The translations under genes and the position numbers were made by a program. Below are positions 10,462 through 17,973 of a stretch of 32,000 nt of DNA, in pieces. Every line of letters begins with the position of its first letter. The first letter of the stretch is position 1. The stretch lies in the NCBI GenBank assembly GCA_024275415.1, contig JAJRZD010000015.1:10058-42057 (forward strand). Direction: 5' to 3'. Under the pieces are notes generated by a model. It ran no database searches. It worked only from the letters and a program-made list of their open reading frames with translations, and was not told the origin of the DNA. The DNA is from an archaeon. GTDB lineage: Archaea > Asgardarchaeota > Thorarchaeia > Thorarchaeales > Thorarchaeaceae.

Positions 10462-10581
10462 AGTGTTAACCTCTTGAGGGGAAGGTTTGACATAAACCGG
10501 CTATTCTCGATGGGCTTAGGACTGTGGATATAAACATTATCGTTTGTACGACATCGCCGGCAAAGGATTGACAAGCACATG

Positions 10582-11226
10582 TCAATGATACCGGCCTCGC
10601 TCACGAATCGCATCCATCCTTTCGAGAACAGGCTCAGCCTCTTTGCCCAACTCATCTACGTACCCTTCAATCGTTCGTGAGAGCATATTCTCTTGCATAT
10701 CCCAATGCGATGTTTCCAACGCCCGTTTGATGAGGTGCAAGTCCACCCCTTTCATCTCAACAGTGGCGTTCATTTCAGACAGACCAAAATCAATTATCCA
10801 TGTTTTTTCATTTGAAGTTATCAACAAATTGCTGGTAGTAGGATCTCCGTGAACCATCCCACCCCGATGGAGTTTGGCAATGATGCGACCAAAGCGATAA
10901 CACAAGTTCCCCAAGGTGGTCGAGCCCAGTGTTGAAGCGACCTGCTTCAGAGGTGTTCCGGGAATATAATCCATCAAGATGCTATAATCATTAAGGTCAA
11001 TAGCATGCACAGCGGGGGTGGGCACTCCAAGAGACCGCGCAACATTGAGACCCTTGCATTCGCGGCTAGTCCTACTTGCTCGAAGTGAACTGTCGATAGC
11101 AGGGATGAGATAGGGTTTACTGGGACGTGTCTTCAGGACAAATGACCGATCCCATAGCGCGACCTTTGTGATGATCGATTCTGCTCCAATGGCTATGTGT
11201 GCTCCCTCAAGTCTCATTCTTTCCAC
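10582..11226 (-). CDS. bud32: KEOPS kinase Bud32 (standalone, not fused to Kae1)
   Basis: GAESII, LKTRPSKPY, VHGDPTTSN, IIDFGLS, MKGVDLHL, IRERGRY. Confidence 0.93.
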   Translation of the reverse strand: MERMRLEGAHIAIGAESIITKVALWDRSFVLKTRPSKPYLIPAIDSSLRASRTSRECKGLNVARSLGVPTPAVHAIDLNDYSILMDYIPGTPLKQVASTLGSTTLGNLCYRFGRIIAKLHRGGMVHGDPTTSNLLITSNEKTWIIDFGLSEMNATVEMKGVDLHLIKRALETSHWDMQENMLSRTIEGYVDELGKEAEPVLERMDAIRERGRYH

Positions 11227-12200
11227 CCGATATCCTGTTCATCAGTCCTCCATTTCGGGAGGACTCCCGAAGATGAAATTTCAAGGGTATCGCCAACCCC
11301 ATATTGCAGAATCCCAGTCCATGCAATCATCGCGCCTTGATCCCCAGCCAGAGGAGGAGACACACGATGGAATCTTGCACCATGCCGGTCTGCCACACCT
11401 TGGAGTATCTCTGTGAGCCTGTTATTCCTTGCAACGCCACCTGTTAGGAGTACTTCATTCTTCTTTGTATGCGCAATCGCCCGTTCAGCAACCTCTGCCA
11501 GCATCCCAAAAGCTGTTTCTTGGATGCTATAGCAGATGTCATCCAGAGGCAGTCCTTCGTCAAAAAGACGACGCGCAGACGTGAGCATTCCCGAATAGCT
11601 TATGTCCATCCCTTTCACGGAATATGGAAGCGTATGATATGTAGAACCCATTTTTGCCAATTTCTCGACCTTTGGACCCGCTGGGAACCGCATCCCCACA
11701 TGTCTTCCAAAGACATCAAGCATATTCCCAATCGCAATATCAAGAGTTTCGCCAAAGGTACGGTATCTACCTCCTGCAAAGGCGATGACCTGAGAGTTCC
11801 CGCCCGATACATAGATGGTGACTGGGTCATTAAAACCAGACTCCAAGCTTCCAATCTCTATGTGTGCCACACAGTGATTGACACCAATCAATGGTACTCC
11901 CAGATGGAGGGACAATGATCGCGCCATGGTGGCAGTAGTGCGTAGGCACGGTCCAAGACCTGGGCCTTGTGAAAAAGCGATAATGTCAATTTGCTTAGGG
12001 GAAATGCCGGCATCATCGATAGACTGCCGTATCAGTAATGGACCAAGATACGCATGGTGCTGACTTGCCTCGCGCGGGTGTATTCCGCCCTCATCAGGTC
12101 GTAACATGTCCCATACATTCGATAACACCAGACCCTCACTAGAAACAATCCCTGCACCGAATGAATGAGCGGTTCCTTCCAGACCGAGGCAGATGGTCAT
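11214..12200 (-). CDS. kae1: tRNA N6-adenosine threonylcarbamoyltransferase Kae1
   Basis: LGLEGTAHSFGAG, GGIHPREASQHH, AFSQGPGLGPCL, VNHCVAHIEIG, YVSGGNSQV, DQGAMIAW, WRTDE. Start moved to ATG 12200 (12233 is possible). Confidence 0.96.
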   Translation of the reverse strand: MTICLGLEGTAHSFGAGIVSSEGLVLSNVWDMLRPDEGGIHPREASQHHAYLGPLLIRQSIDDAGISPKQIDIIAFSQGPGLGPCLRTTATMARSLSLHLGVPLIGVNHCVAHIEIGSLESGFNDPVTIYVSGGNSQVIAFAGGRYRTFGETLDIAIGNMLDVFGRHVGMRFPAGPKVEKLAKMGSTYHTLPYSVKGMDISYSGMLTSARRLFDEGLPLDDICYSIQETAFGMLAEVAERAIAHTKKNEVLLTGGVARNNRLTEILQGVADRHGARFHRVSPPLAGDQGAMIAWTGILQYGVGDTLEISSSGVLPKWRTDEQDIGWKE

Positions 12201-12307
12201 ACTGATATGCTCCTTGCACTTGTTGACCAGCATCTTCTTGACGCTGTCATGCTTTGTAGCAAAGCCTTTATAATCCACACTAAGGGGCACATCGAGAGGT
12301 AAAGGCA

Positions 12308-12553
12308 ATGTCACACGAAAAAATGCCCATCAAAGCACTCGAGCAGAACATCCACGAAATTGTATCAATCAAGCTCAAGGATCAACGGATTTTCAGAGGG
12401 CGCCTGTCCCGATGTGACGTCTATATGAACCTCACTCTGGAAGACGCTGAGGAACTCGTGCTTGGAGGGGATGAAACAACGACCATTGCCAAGTATGGCG
12501 AGATTCTTCTGAGAGGGAACAACATCCTCTGGATACAGATTCCCGAGGAATAG
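12308..12553 (+). CDS. Sm-like archaeal protein (SmAP/LSm)
   Basis: Sm1 motif VSIKLKDQRIFRGRLSRCDVYMNLTLEDAEE and Sm2 motif ILLRGNNI. Confidence 0.93.
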   Translation: MSHEKMPIKALEQNIHEIVSIKLKDQRIFRGRLSRCDVYMNLTLEDAEELVLGGDETTTIAKYGEILLRGNNILWIQIPEE

Positions 12554-12617
12554 ATGTGCTGCTTCGTTTCGATAGTGAGCAATAGGTGGCCAAAGCATCC
12601 AATTAGTCCCTTCGATG

Positions 12618-12644
12618 TTTTATAACGACAACTTTAATATAAAA
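12618..12644 (+). promoter_or_regulatory. Putative TATA elements for tRNA-Asp
   Basis: TTTTATAA (12618-12625) and TTTAATATAAAA (12633-12644), upstream of the tRNA at 12692. Confidence 0.5.
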
Positions 12645-12731
12645 CCGAGATTCGATGCAGATTACCTGATGTGCATCATCAGGACAACAGAGCCCCTGTA
12701 GTGTAGTCCGGCCTAGCATTCAAGACTGTCA

Positions 12732-12761
12732 ATCCAATGCGATTGGCATCTTGGAGCGGAC
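12732..12761 (+). other. tRNA-Asp anticodon-loop intron (37/38), 30 nt
   Basis: ATCCAATGCGATTGGCATCTTGGAGCGGAC. Central helix CTGT/GCGG, 3-nt bulges, inner stem TCCAA/TTGGA. Confidence 0.9.
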
Positions 12762-12782
12762 CTCTTGAGACCCGGGTTCAAA

Positions 12783-12812
12783 TGTGTCCATGATTCCCAT
12801 GAACATTGGAAA
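12783..12812 (+). other. tRNA-Asp T-loop intron (59/60), 30 nt
   Basis: TGTGTCCATGATTCCCATGAACATTGGAAA. Central helix TTCA/TGGA, two 3-nt bulges, 9-position stem with an ATTCC loop. Confidence 0.9.
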
Positions 12813-12978
12813 TCCCGGCGGGGGCGCCACATCATCTCTCATTCTCAATTGTTCAAATCGATAAGTTGCAGGAATCTCTCTGTCAATCTCACATCTTCTC
12901 TGCAGCGATTGTTATAATAATTAGATGTGCATTGTTAATAATAATGATTTATATGAGTAAAATCAGATATATCCTTGT

Positions 12979-13197
12979 GTGAGTGATATGTGGTTGGGCA
13001 TCTTTATTGTAAGCATTCTGCTAATTCTCACAGCCATGGGGTATTTGGTAGGCCATACCGAGAGGAAGTACTGCCCATCAGATAGATCATTCACCAAATC
13101 GCTGTACAGATCTAAAATTTGTGACAATGGATTCTTCCCTCTCGAGGTAGAGGAATATCAGCGGGCCGTTTCAGGAAGCACGATTCGTGGGAGATAA
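12979..13197 (+). CDS. Small hypothetical membrane protein (one N-terminal TM helix)
   Basis: WLGIFIVSILLILTAMGYLVG hydrophobic stretch; AT-rich promoter-like sequence upstream; no family recognised. Confidence 0.5.
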   Translation: MSDMWLGIFIVSILLILTAMGYLVGHTERKYCPSDRSFTKSLYRSKICDNGFFPLEVEEYQRAVSGSTIRGR

Positions 13198-13276
13198 AAA
13201 GTAGTGCGGTTTTTGGATGCGGTCAAAAGGTAAACAATCGCGACTATGATAAGGTTATTCGGTAGATTCCTTAGGC

Positions 13277-13675
13277 ATGCTTACTTGCATTGCGATGCTC
13301 CTTGAGCATATGTTCTCAATCGGAGCACCACTACTACAATCATTGCAGAAGTTATCCATGGATAATCGTACTCGGCACCTCGACCATGGAAGCGAATTGA
13401 TTCGTGACCTGGTCGTCCACCTGATGAACACCGAGCTGTTCTGGCTCAATGTACTCAATGACGTGGGTCTTTTATGAAAAAAAACGGAAGTCAGTCTGCA
13501 ATATGTAAAGCGTCTGTGAGTCGATCCAGACAATATCAGCTTCACTATCGCACGGGCGGTTCTCCTTCTCATCACCCATGATGCGCACCACCGAGGCTTT
13601 ATCATAGGCCTTCTGAAGGAGATGGAGTATGATTCGCCGAAAGGTCAATATGCTACAGGAGCTGACATAAGATGA
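13277..13675 (+). pseudogene. DinB/DUF664-superfamily gene interrupted by two in-frame TGA codons (13475-13477, 13517-13519) and shortened in the middle
   Basis: One frame reads ...LIRDLVVHLMNTELFWLNVLNDVGLL*KKTEVSLQYVKRL*VDPDNISFTIARAVLLLITHDAHHRGFIIGLLKEM...*. Both DinB His motifs are present. The final stop overlaps the next ATG (ATGA). Confidence 0.7.
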
Positions 13676-14673
13676 CAGGCTTTTACAATATCATTCATTC
13701 ATGTATCAGGCAACAGGCGAGTGCAATCCCAAACACTTTGAAAAATGTAGATGGCAAGAACCTCGATGCATTGCAAGGGAAGAAACTGATATTCACAGGA
13801 TGTGGTGATTCCTACGCAGTGGCTGACTATGGGAGATGGGCATTCCGTCAACTCGATCTCGATGCTTCCGTCCTTTCTCCATCAGAGGTGCCGTTGGTGC
13901 CAATCCGCAAGGATACCGTCGTAATCGGCGTGACCGCGTCAGGAAGGAGCGTGGAAACGATAGCAGCCTTGGGATACGCACGCAAGAACGGAGCATCGAC
14001 TGTAGTCCTTACTGATGACAGAGATGGTCGAGCCAGCGGGAAGGCCGACCATATCTGGGAAACCAAGTCGGGAGTGTCGACCTACAACACAAGTCCATCA
14101 GCCCCCACGACATGTGCAATGGCATACCTTATGAAACTCTCTGCACTTCAATGCGGAGATACAAGTAGTGATGTCTTCAGGGATATCAGGCAGCTGGAAA
14201 ACAGCTGTACCAACATTGTAGAGTGGGCAAGAGGCACTGGTAAGGAATTGGCTGCTATCACTAAAGAGAAACAAATCATCTACCTAATCTCTGAGGGCGC
14301 AAACTATGTCGCGGCGCAACTTGGGATGATGAAGTTCAACGAGTACTCGATTATTAAAGGAGTAAGCGTCCTACGAGAGGAGTTCAGGCACCATTGCAAT
14401 CTCTCAGTGAAGGACGGGGATCCAGTCATACTGATATCGGATGCACCAACAGACGAAAGAGACCGTACCTATATCAGGGTGCTTTCGGACACGCTAAAAA
14501 TGAAACATTCTCACCTCTTCTGTCCTGAGTCGTTACAGTTGACAACGCCATTTGGTCAGGCAATTGCAAATACAATCGCATTGCAGCTTGCTGCTTATCA
14601 TTCTGCGAAAAGTGTTGACCCCAAAAAGAAGGGGTTTAGAATCCCACATGCAGAAGCCTTCAAAATCTACTGA
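13672..14673 (+). CDS. Two-SIS-domain sugar isomerase/deglycase (GlmS C-terminal / FrlB-like, no glutaminase domain)
   Basis: FTGCGDSY, VIGVTASGRSVET, APTTCAM, LGMMKFNEYS, EEFRH. Confidence 0.8.
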   Translation: MTGFYNIIHSCIRQQASAIPNTLKNVDGKNLDALQGKKLIFTGCGDSYAVADYGRWAFRQLDLDASVLSPSEVPLVPIRKDTVVIGVTASGRSVETIAALGYARKNGASTVVLTDDRDGRASGKADHIWETKSGVSTYNTSPSAPTTCAMAYLMKLSALQCGDTSSDVFRDIRQLENSCTNIVEWARGTGKELAAITKEKQIIYLISEGANYVAAQLGMMKFNEYSIIKGVSVLREEFRHHCNLSVKDGDPVILISDAPTDERDRTYIRVLSDTLKMKHSHLFCPESLQLTTPFGQAIANTIALQLAAYHSAKSVDPKKKGFRIPHAEAFKIY

Positions 14674-14712
14674 TTGTTTGCCTGATAGAAAAAGGTAACA
14701 TGCGGTACTCGA

Positions 14713-15699
14713 ATGTATGAGAGTGTTGTGAATGTTGTGAGAGAATTGATACTTGGAGCACAGGATCATGGTAGAAGACAGGAGATAGTAGAAAGCATAA
14801 ACGAATCCCCAGCGGAGTTCAAGGCGTTCCTCGATGGAATATTCGACTCCGAAGAAAACCATACCGAAGAGAAGACATTGGTGCTTGACTTGGTAGATTT
14901 CCTCAGCCCCATCCTTGGAATGGAAGTTGTAAGGCGGGCAATCAGCGACTCTGATCGCCAGACCAGGATACGGGGGTTTCAGGCAGCCTATCGCAGGCAG
15001 TTCGACACATTGAATCGGAGAGTCCTTGAAGTGCTTCAGGACTCGACCGAATGTTTTGAGGTTCGAAAATGGGCAGTCCATATCCTAGGGGGAACTGATC
15101 CTGTGGAATACGCGAAATACCTGCGAAAAATCATGCGAGATCCAAATGAGGATGTGCGTGTGCGCAAAGAGGCTATCTATGCTCTGACAAACGCCTCATC
15201 TAATGTGACTATAGGTGCTTTTTGTGCTCTTCTGGGGGATACAAATGTCGAGATTAGACAAGCCAGTGCATGGGCATTGGGAAAGGTCGGGACAGATGTT
15301 TCAGTCGACTGTCTCCTTGCAGCATTAGAGGATACAGATGAAATTGTCCGGGATTGGGCAATTAGAGGTCTTCGAGATTCTGACAATACCCGGGCATTAC
15401 AGGGATTGGCCGAAGCGATGAAGATCCTTGATCCTGCACATCAAAGGCAACTCATACGATTAGTGGTTGAGAAGCGCTCCGAAGTCATCTCTAGAGCGAT
15501 TGTTGAATTGCTAGGCACCTCCGATGTGGAGGTAAGAAAGCTTGCAGCATGGGCGATGGGAGTGTCGCCCTATCCTCCTGCGACGAGCGAGCTTGAGAGG
15601 CTCCTTGACGACGATGACGCTCAGATAAGAGAATATGCCAAGAAGGCCTTGGAACGACTTGGATGGGCAAATCCAACTGATTTTGGTTTGATGATCTAG
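14713..15699 (+). CDS. HEAT-repeat (PBS-lyase-like) protein
   Basis: Repeated units D..VRVRKEAIYAL, VEIRQASAWALGKVG, EIVRDWAIRGL, VEVRKLAAWAMG, QIREYAKKALERLG. Confidence 0.85.
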   Translation: MYESVVNVVRELILGAQDHGRRQEIVESINESPAEFKAFLDGIFDSEENHTEEKTLVLDLVDFLSPILGMEVVRRAISDSDRQTRIRGFQAAYRRQFDTLNRRVLEVLQDSTECFEVRKWAVHILGGTDPVEYAKYLRKIMRDPNEDVRVRKEAIYALTNASSNVTIGAFCALLGDTNVEIRQASAWALGKVGTDVSVDCLLAALEDTDEIVRDWAIRGLRDSDNTRALQGLAEAMKILDPAHQRQLIRLVVEKRSEVISRAIVELLGTSDVEVRKLAAWAMGVSPYPPATSELERLLDDDDAQIREYAKKALERLGWANPTDFGLMI

Positions 15700-16464
15700 T
15701 CACATCATTCCTTTGTACATTCCGCCATCAACCAGAATGAGCGCGCCATGAACATAGCTTGCCATGGGACTCAACAGAAACGCACAGACAGCGCCAAACT
15801 CAGCGGGCCGTCCCATCCTGCCCAAGGGGATGCTAGAGGTAATTCGCTCCATCGCCTCATCGGGGTTCCCAGTCGCCTTCATGAGTTCTTGGACGCGCTC
15901 GGTGTTGATGTATCCAGGGCATACAGCGTTTGTTCGCACACCATCACGGCTGATCTCTTCAGCCAGCGTCCGCATCATGCCAATGACCGCGGGACGCAAC
16001 GAGTTCGATAAAAGCAGATTCCCGATAGGCTGTTTGACAGAGATTGATGTGCTGTACAAGATGGAGGGTGAAGACGATTCTCTAAGGAGGGGCAATGCCT
16101 CGCGTGTTAGACGCACCGCGCTCATCAATGTGAGGTGGAAGCTCCGTTCCCAGTCCTCATCGGTGAGTTCGGAGAATTGTCCGGGTGGAGGGCCTCCTGC
16201 ATTCACGAACATTCCATCAATAACCCCCTTCTCTCGTTCGATATTGGTAATCAGTTGCGAGATGTCCTCAGCTTTCGATACATCTGCGACAACATATCGG
16301 GCATTAGTCCCTAGTTTATGAACTGCACGTTCTAGAGACCCCTTCGTTCTCCCACATAGTATGACTTCTGCTCCCTCCTGAATCAACGTCTTTGCTACTC
16401 CGAAGCCCAGTCCACGTGAGGCAGCAGTCACCAGCATCCTCTTGCCATCAAGTTGCAGATCCAT
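15700..16464 (-). CDS. Short-chain dehydrogenase/reductase (FabG-like)
   Basis: VTAASRGLG, VNAGGPPPG, SNSLRPAV, NAVCPGYINTER, IPLGRMGRPAEFG, VDGG. Confidence 0.92.
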   Translation of the reverse strand: MDLQLDGKRMLVTAASRGLGFGVAKTLIQEGAEVILCGRTKGSLERAVHKLGTNARYVVADVSKAEDISQLITNIEREKGVIDGMFVNAGGPPPGQFSELTDEDWERSFHLTLMSAVRLTREALPLLRESSSPSILYSTSISVKQPIGNLLLSNSLRPAVIGMMRTLAEEISRDGVRTNAVCPGYINTERVQELMKATGNPDEAMERITSSIPLGRMGRPAEFGAVCAFLLSPMASYVHGALILVDGGMYKGMM

Positions 16465-16517
16465 CAGAACGCCCACCATTTTGCTCGCAGAGTTCTATAA
16501 TATCCCTACGACCTGTG

Positions 16518-16814
16518 CTATTGTGCATTGATTGTTGTTTTATGCTCTGTGCGAGCGCCCATTCGCACCTCAAGATGAAGGAAAGCAGCACTTAATCGCT
16601 GGAAGTCACTCGGCACCTCGAACTCACCTGCCCCAAGTTGGTTCAGGGCGTGCCTAATCTTTCTTGTCGTAAGATGGGGATTCTTTTGAGAGTCAAAGGC
16701 CAGCAGGACGCGCAGCTCATCTGGGTCTGGCATCTTGTAGACCGAATGGCATTTGATGCCCCGCGCCTTCAGGTTCTCCCTGATCATCCTTTCAATTCTA
16801 TCCATTCGTCTCAC
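16518..16814 (-). CDS. Hypothetical protein
   Basis: 98-aa ORF filling the gap, with protein-like composition; no family recognised. Confidence 0.6.
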   Translation of the reverse strand: MRRMDRIERMIRENLKARGIKCHSVYKMPDPDELRVLLAFDSQKNPHLTTRKIRHALNQLGAGEFEVPSDFQRLSAAFLHLEVRMGARTEHKTTINAQ

Positions 16815-17076
16815 CGATACTCAATTTCACTTTCCAGTACTTTAACTGCGATGTTACACGAGTATTATCACTCGGAAAGCGCCAATCCCCGTAGGGACAC
16901 TCGAACATCCTAACACTTATCGAAAAGGAGTGCTAGTATCACCGATTGAAACGGCATACCACTTCCTCTCGACTGTTTTGGTGGGCCCGAACCATCACTA
17001 TCTGACAAGTCTATAATCTCGTTGTTCAAAAGCAAGTTGGTCGGGACGGCCGGATTTGAACCGGCAACCGATGGAT

Positions 17077-17107
17077 AGCTGTGAACGCCATCCGAACTGG
17101 CAGCTCT
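17077..17107 (-). other. tRNA-Tyr anticodon-loop intron (37/38), 31 nt
   Basis: AGAGCTGCCAGTTCGGATGGCGTTCACAGCT. Perfect central helix CTGT/ACAG. Confidence 0.9.
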
Positions 17108-17122
17108 CTACAGTCCATTGCT

Positions 17123-17151
17123 TATGGCCCGATACTCGGAAGAGTATCGGA
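17123..17151 (-). other. tRNA-Tyr D-arm intron (22/23), 29 nt
   Basis: TCCGATACTCTTCCGAGTATCGGGCCATA. Perfect 9-bp stem CCGATACTC/GAGTATCGG, TTCC loop, central helix TGGC/GCCA. Confidence 0.88.
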
Positions 17152-17332
17152 CTGCCAGATTGAGCTACGTCCCGGGTGAGCAAACCGCAGTATTGTTTTG
17201 CCTATAAGGATTACTCCGTGGCATTTGCTATCTAGATGTGGCGGGTCTGGACATGTTAATTGAAGAGGCAGTAGATAATACGTACCACACAGGTTTTAAC
17301 TGGTTCGCGGTGGCCATCTCAATGAGTTTGCA

Positions 17333-17551
17333 ATGTCCGAAAGAATATGCAATACCAAAAGGAACCTCGAACGATGTGGTTGTTCATATCCGGGATGCTC
17401 TCGCAAGGGCTATTGTTGTGACTGTCTGGACTACCACTGGAAGCATCGGGAACTCCCAGGGTGCCTTTTCCCAAAAGAGGCTGAGAGAACATACAATAGG
17501 TCACTCGAGTATTTCCTAGAGGTCTGGACAGAAAAGCTTGGAAAGAGCTAG
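17333..17551 (+). CDS. Small Cys-rich protein, DUF6485-like
   Basis: CGCSYPGCSRKGYCCDCLDYHWKHRELPGCLFPKEAERTYNRS. Confidence 0.75.
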   Translation: MSERICNTKRNLERCGCSYPGCSRKGYCCDCLDYHWKHRELPGCLFPKEAERTYNRSLEYFLEVWTEKLGKS

Positions 17552-17559
17552 AAATCTGA

Positions 17560-17637
17560 TGGCGGGCCCGCCAGGATTTGAACCTGGGACATCCAACTTC
17601 GAAGGCTGGCGCCCTATCCAGACTAGACTACGGGCCC
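17560..17637 (-). tRNA. tRNA-Arg(UCG), no intron
   Basis: GGGCCCG TA GTCT AGTCTGGATA GGGC G CCAGC CTTCGAA GTTGG ATGTC CCAGG TTCAAAT CCTGG CGGGCCC G CCA. Confidence 0.96.
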
Positions 17638-17830
17638 CGATACTCCAATTTTGGATTTCCCTTTAAGCTCTTCTGTATCATCATGATTAAGGATCAGAGG
17701 TACGATCAGTAGACTGGGGACATGAAGCTTAAAGGTGAAAGTAGGTCGAGGTATTATATCGACAAAGGAACACTCCTCATTGCAATCTGTTGTTGCTGTT
17801 CTGTCCGCCCTTAAATATACGCCAAAGTTT

Positions 17831-17928
17831 TGGCGGGCCCGGTGAGATTCGAACTCACGAAAACCAACTTTCTCCGAATGTATTGATTATAGGAGGCTGG
17901 TGCCCTATCCTGGCTAGGCAACGGGCCC
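17831..17928 (-). tRNA. tRNA-Arg(CCU) with a canonical 37/38 intron (20 nt, 17870-17889)
   Basis: GGGCCCG TT GCCT AGCCAGGATA GGGC A CCAGC CTCCTA [TAATCAATACATTCGGAGAA] A GTTGG TTTTC GTGAG TTCGAAT CTCAC CGGGCCC G CCA. Central helix CTCC/GGAG. Confidence 0.94.
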
Positions 17929-17955
17929 ACAGGGTGTCGAACTTACGATAATCTT

Positions 17956-17968
17956 GTTAAACCTTTTG
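17956..17968 (-). promoter_or_regulatory. BRE/TATA promoter of tRNA-Arg(CCU)
   Basis: The minus strand reads CAAAAGG-TTTAAC about 28 nt upstream of the tRNA 5' end. Confidence 0.6.
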
Positions 17969-17973
17969 CAGTG

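Larger units (their letters stand above)
12692..12829 (+). tRNA. tRNA-Asp(GUC) with a canonical 37/38 intron (30 nt, 12732-12761) and a T-loop 59/60 intron (30 nt, 12783-12812)
   Basis: GCCCCTG TA GTGT AGTCCGGCCTA GCAT T CAAGA CTGTCA [intron] C TCTTG AGAC CCGGG TTCAAA [intron] T CCCGG CGGGGGC G CCA. Both inserts form full BHB motifs. Confidence 0.95.
17038..17174 (-). tRNA. tRNA-Tyr(GUA) with a D-arm 22/23 intron (29 nt, 17123-17151) and a canonical 37/38 intron (31 nt, 17077-17107)
   Basis: CGGGACG TA GCTC AATCTGGCA G [intron] AGC A ATGGA CTGTAG [intron] A TCCAT CGGTT GCCGG TTCAAAT CCGGC CGTCCCG A CCA. C1-G72 and A73 are the archaeal/eukaryotic Tyr identity elements. Confidence 0.94.

Noticed and set aside
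16979-16989. CGGGCCCACCA on the minus strand resembling a tRNA 3' end (possible att remnant) downstream of tRNA-Tyr
   Set aside because: Only 11 nt, no T-arm, does not match the adjacent tRNA-Tyr 3' end, and there is no integrase or inserted element.
17099-17158. CTGCCAG in the Tyr anticodon intron complementary to D-loop CTGGCAG (possible cross-talk between introns)
   Set aside because: A 7-nt match is within chance expectation, and the segment is already paired in the intron's own stem.
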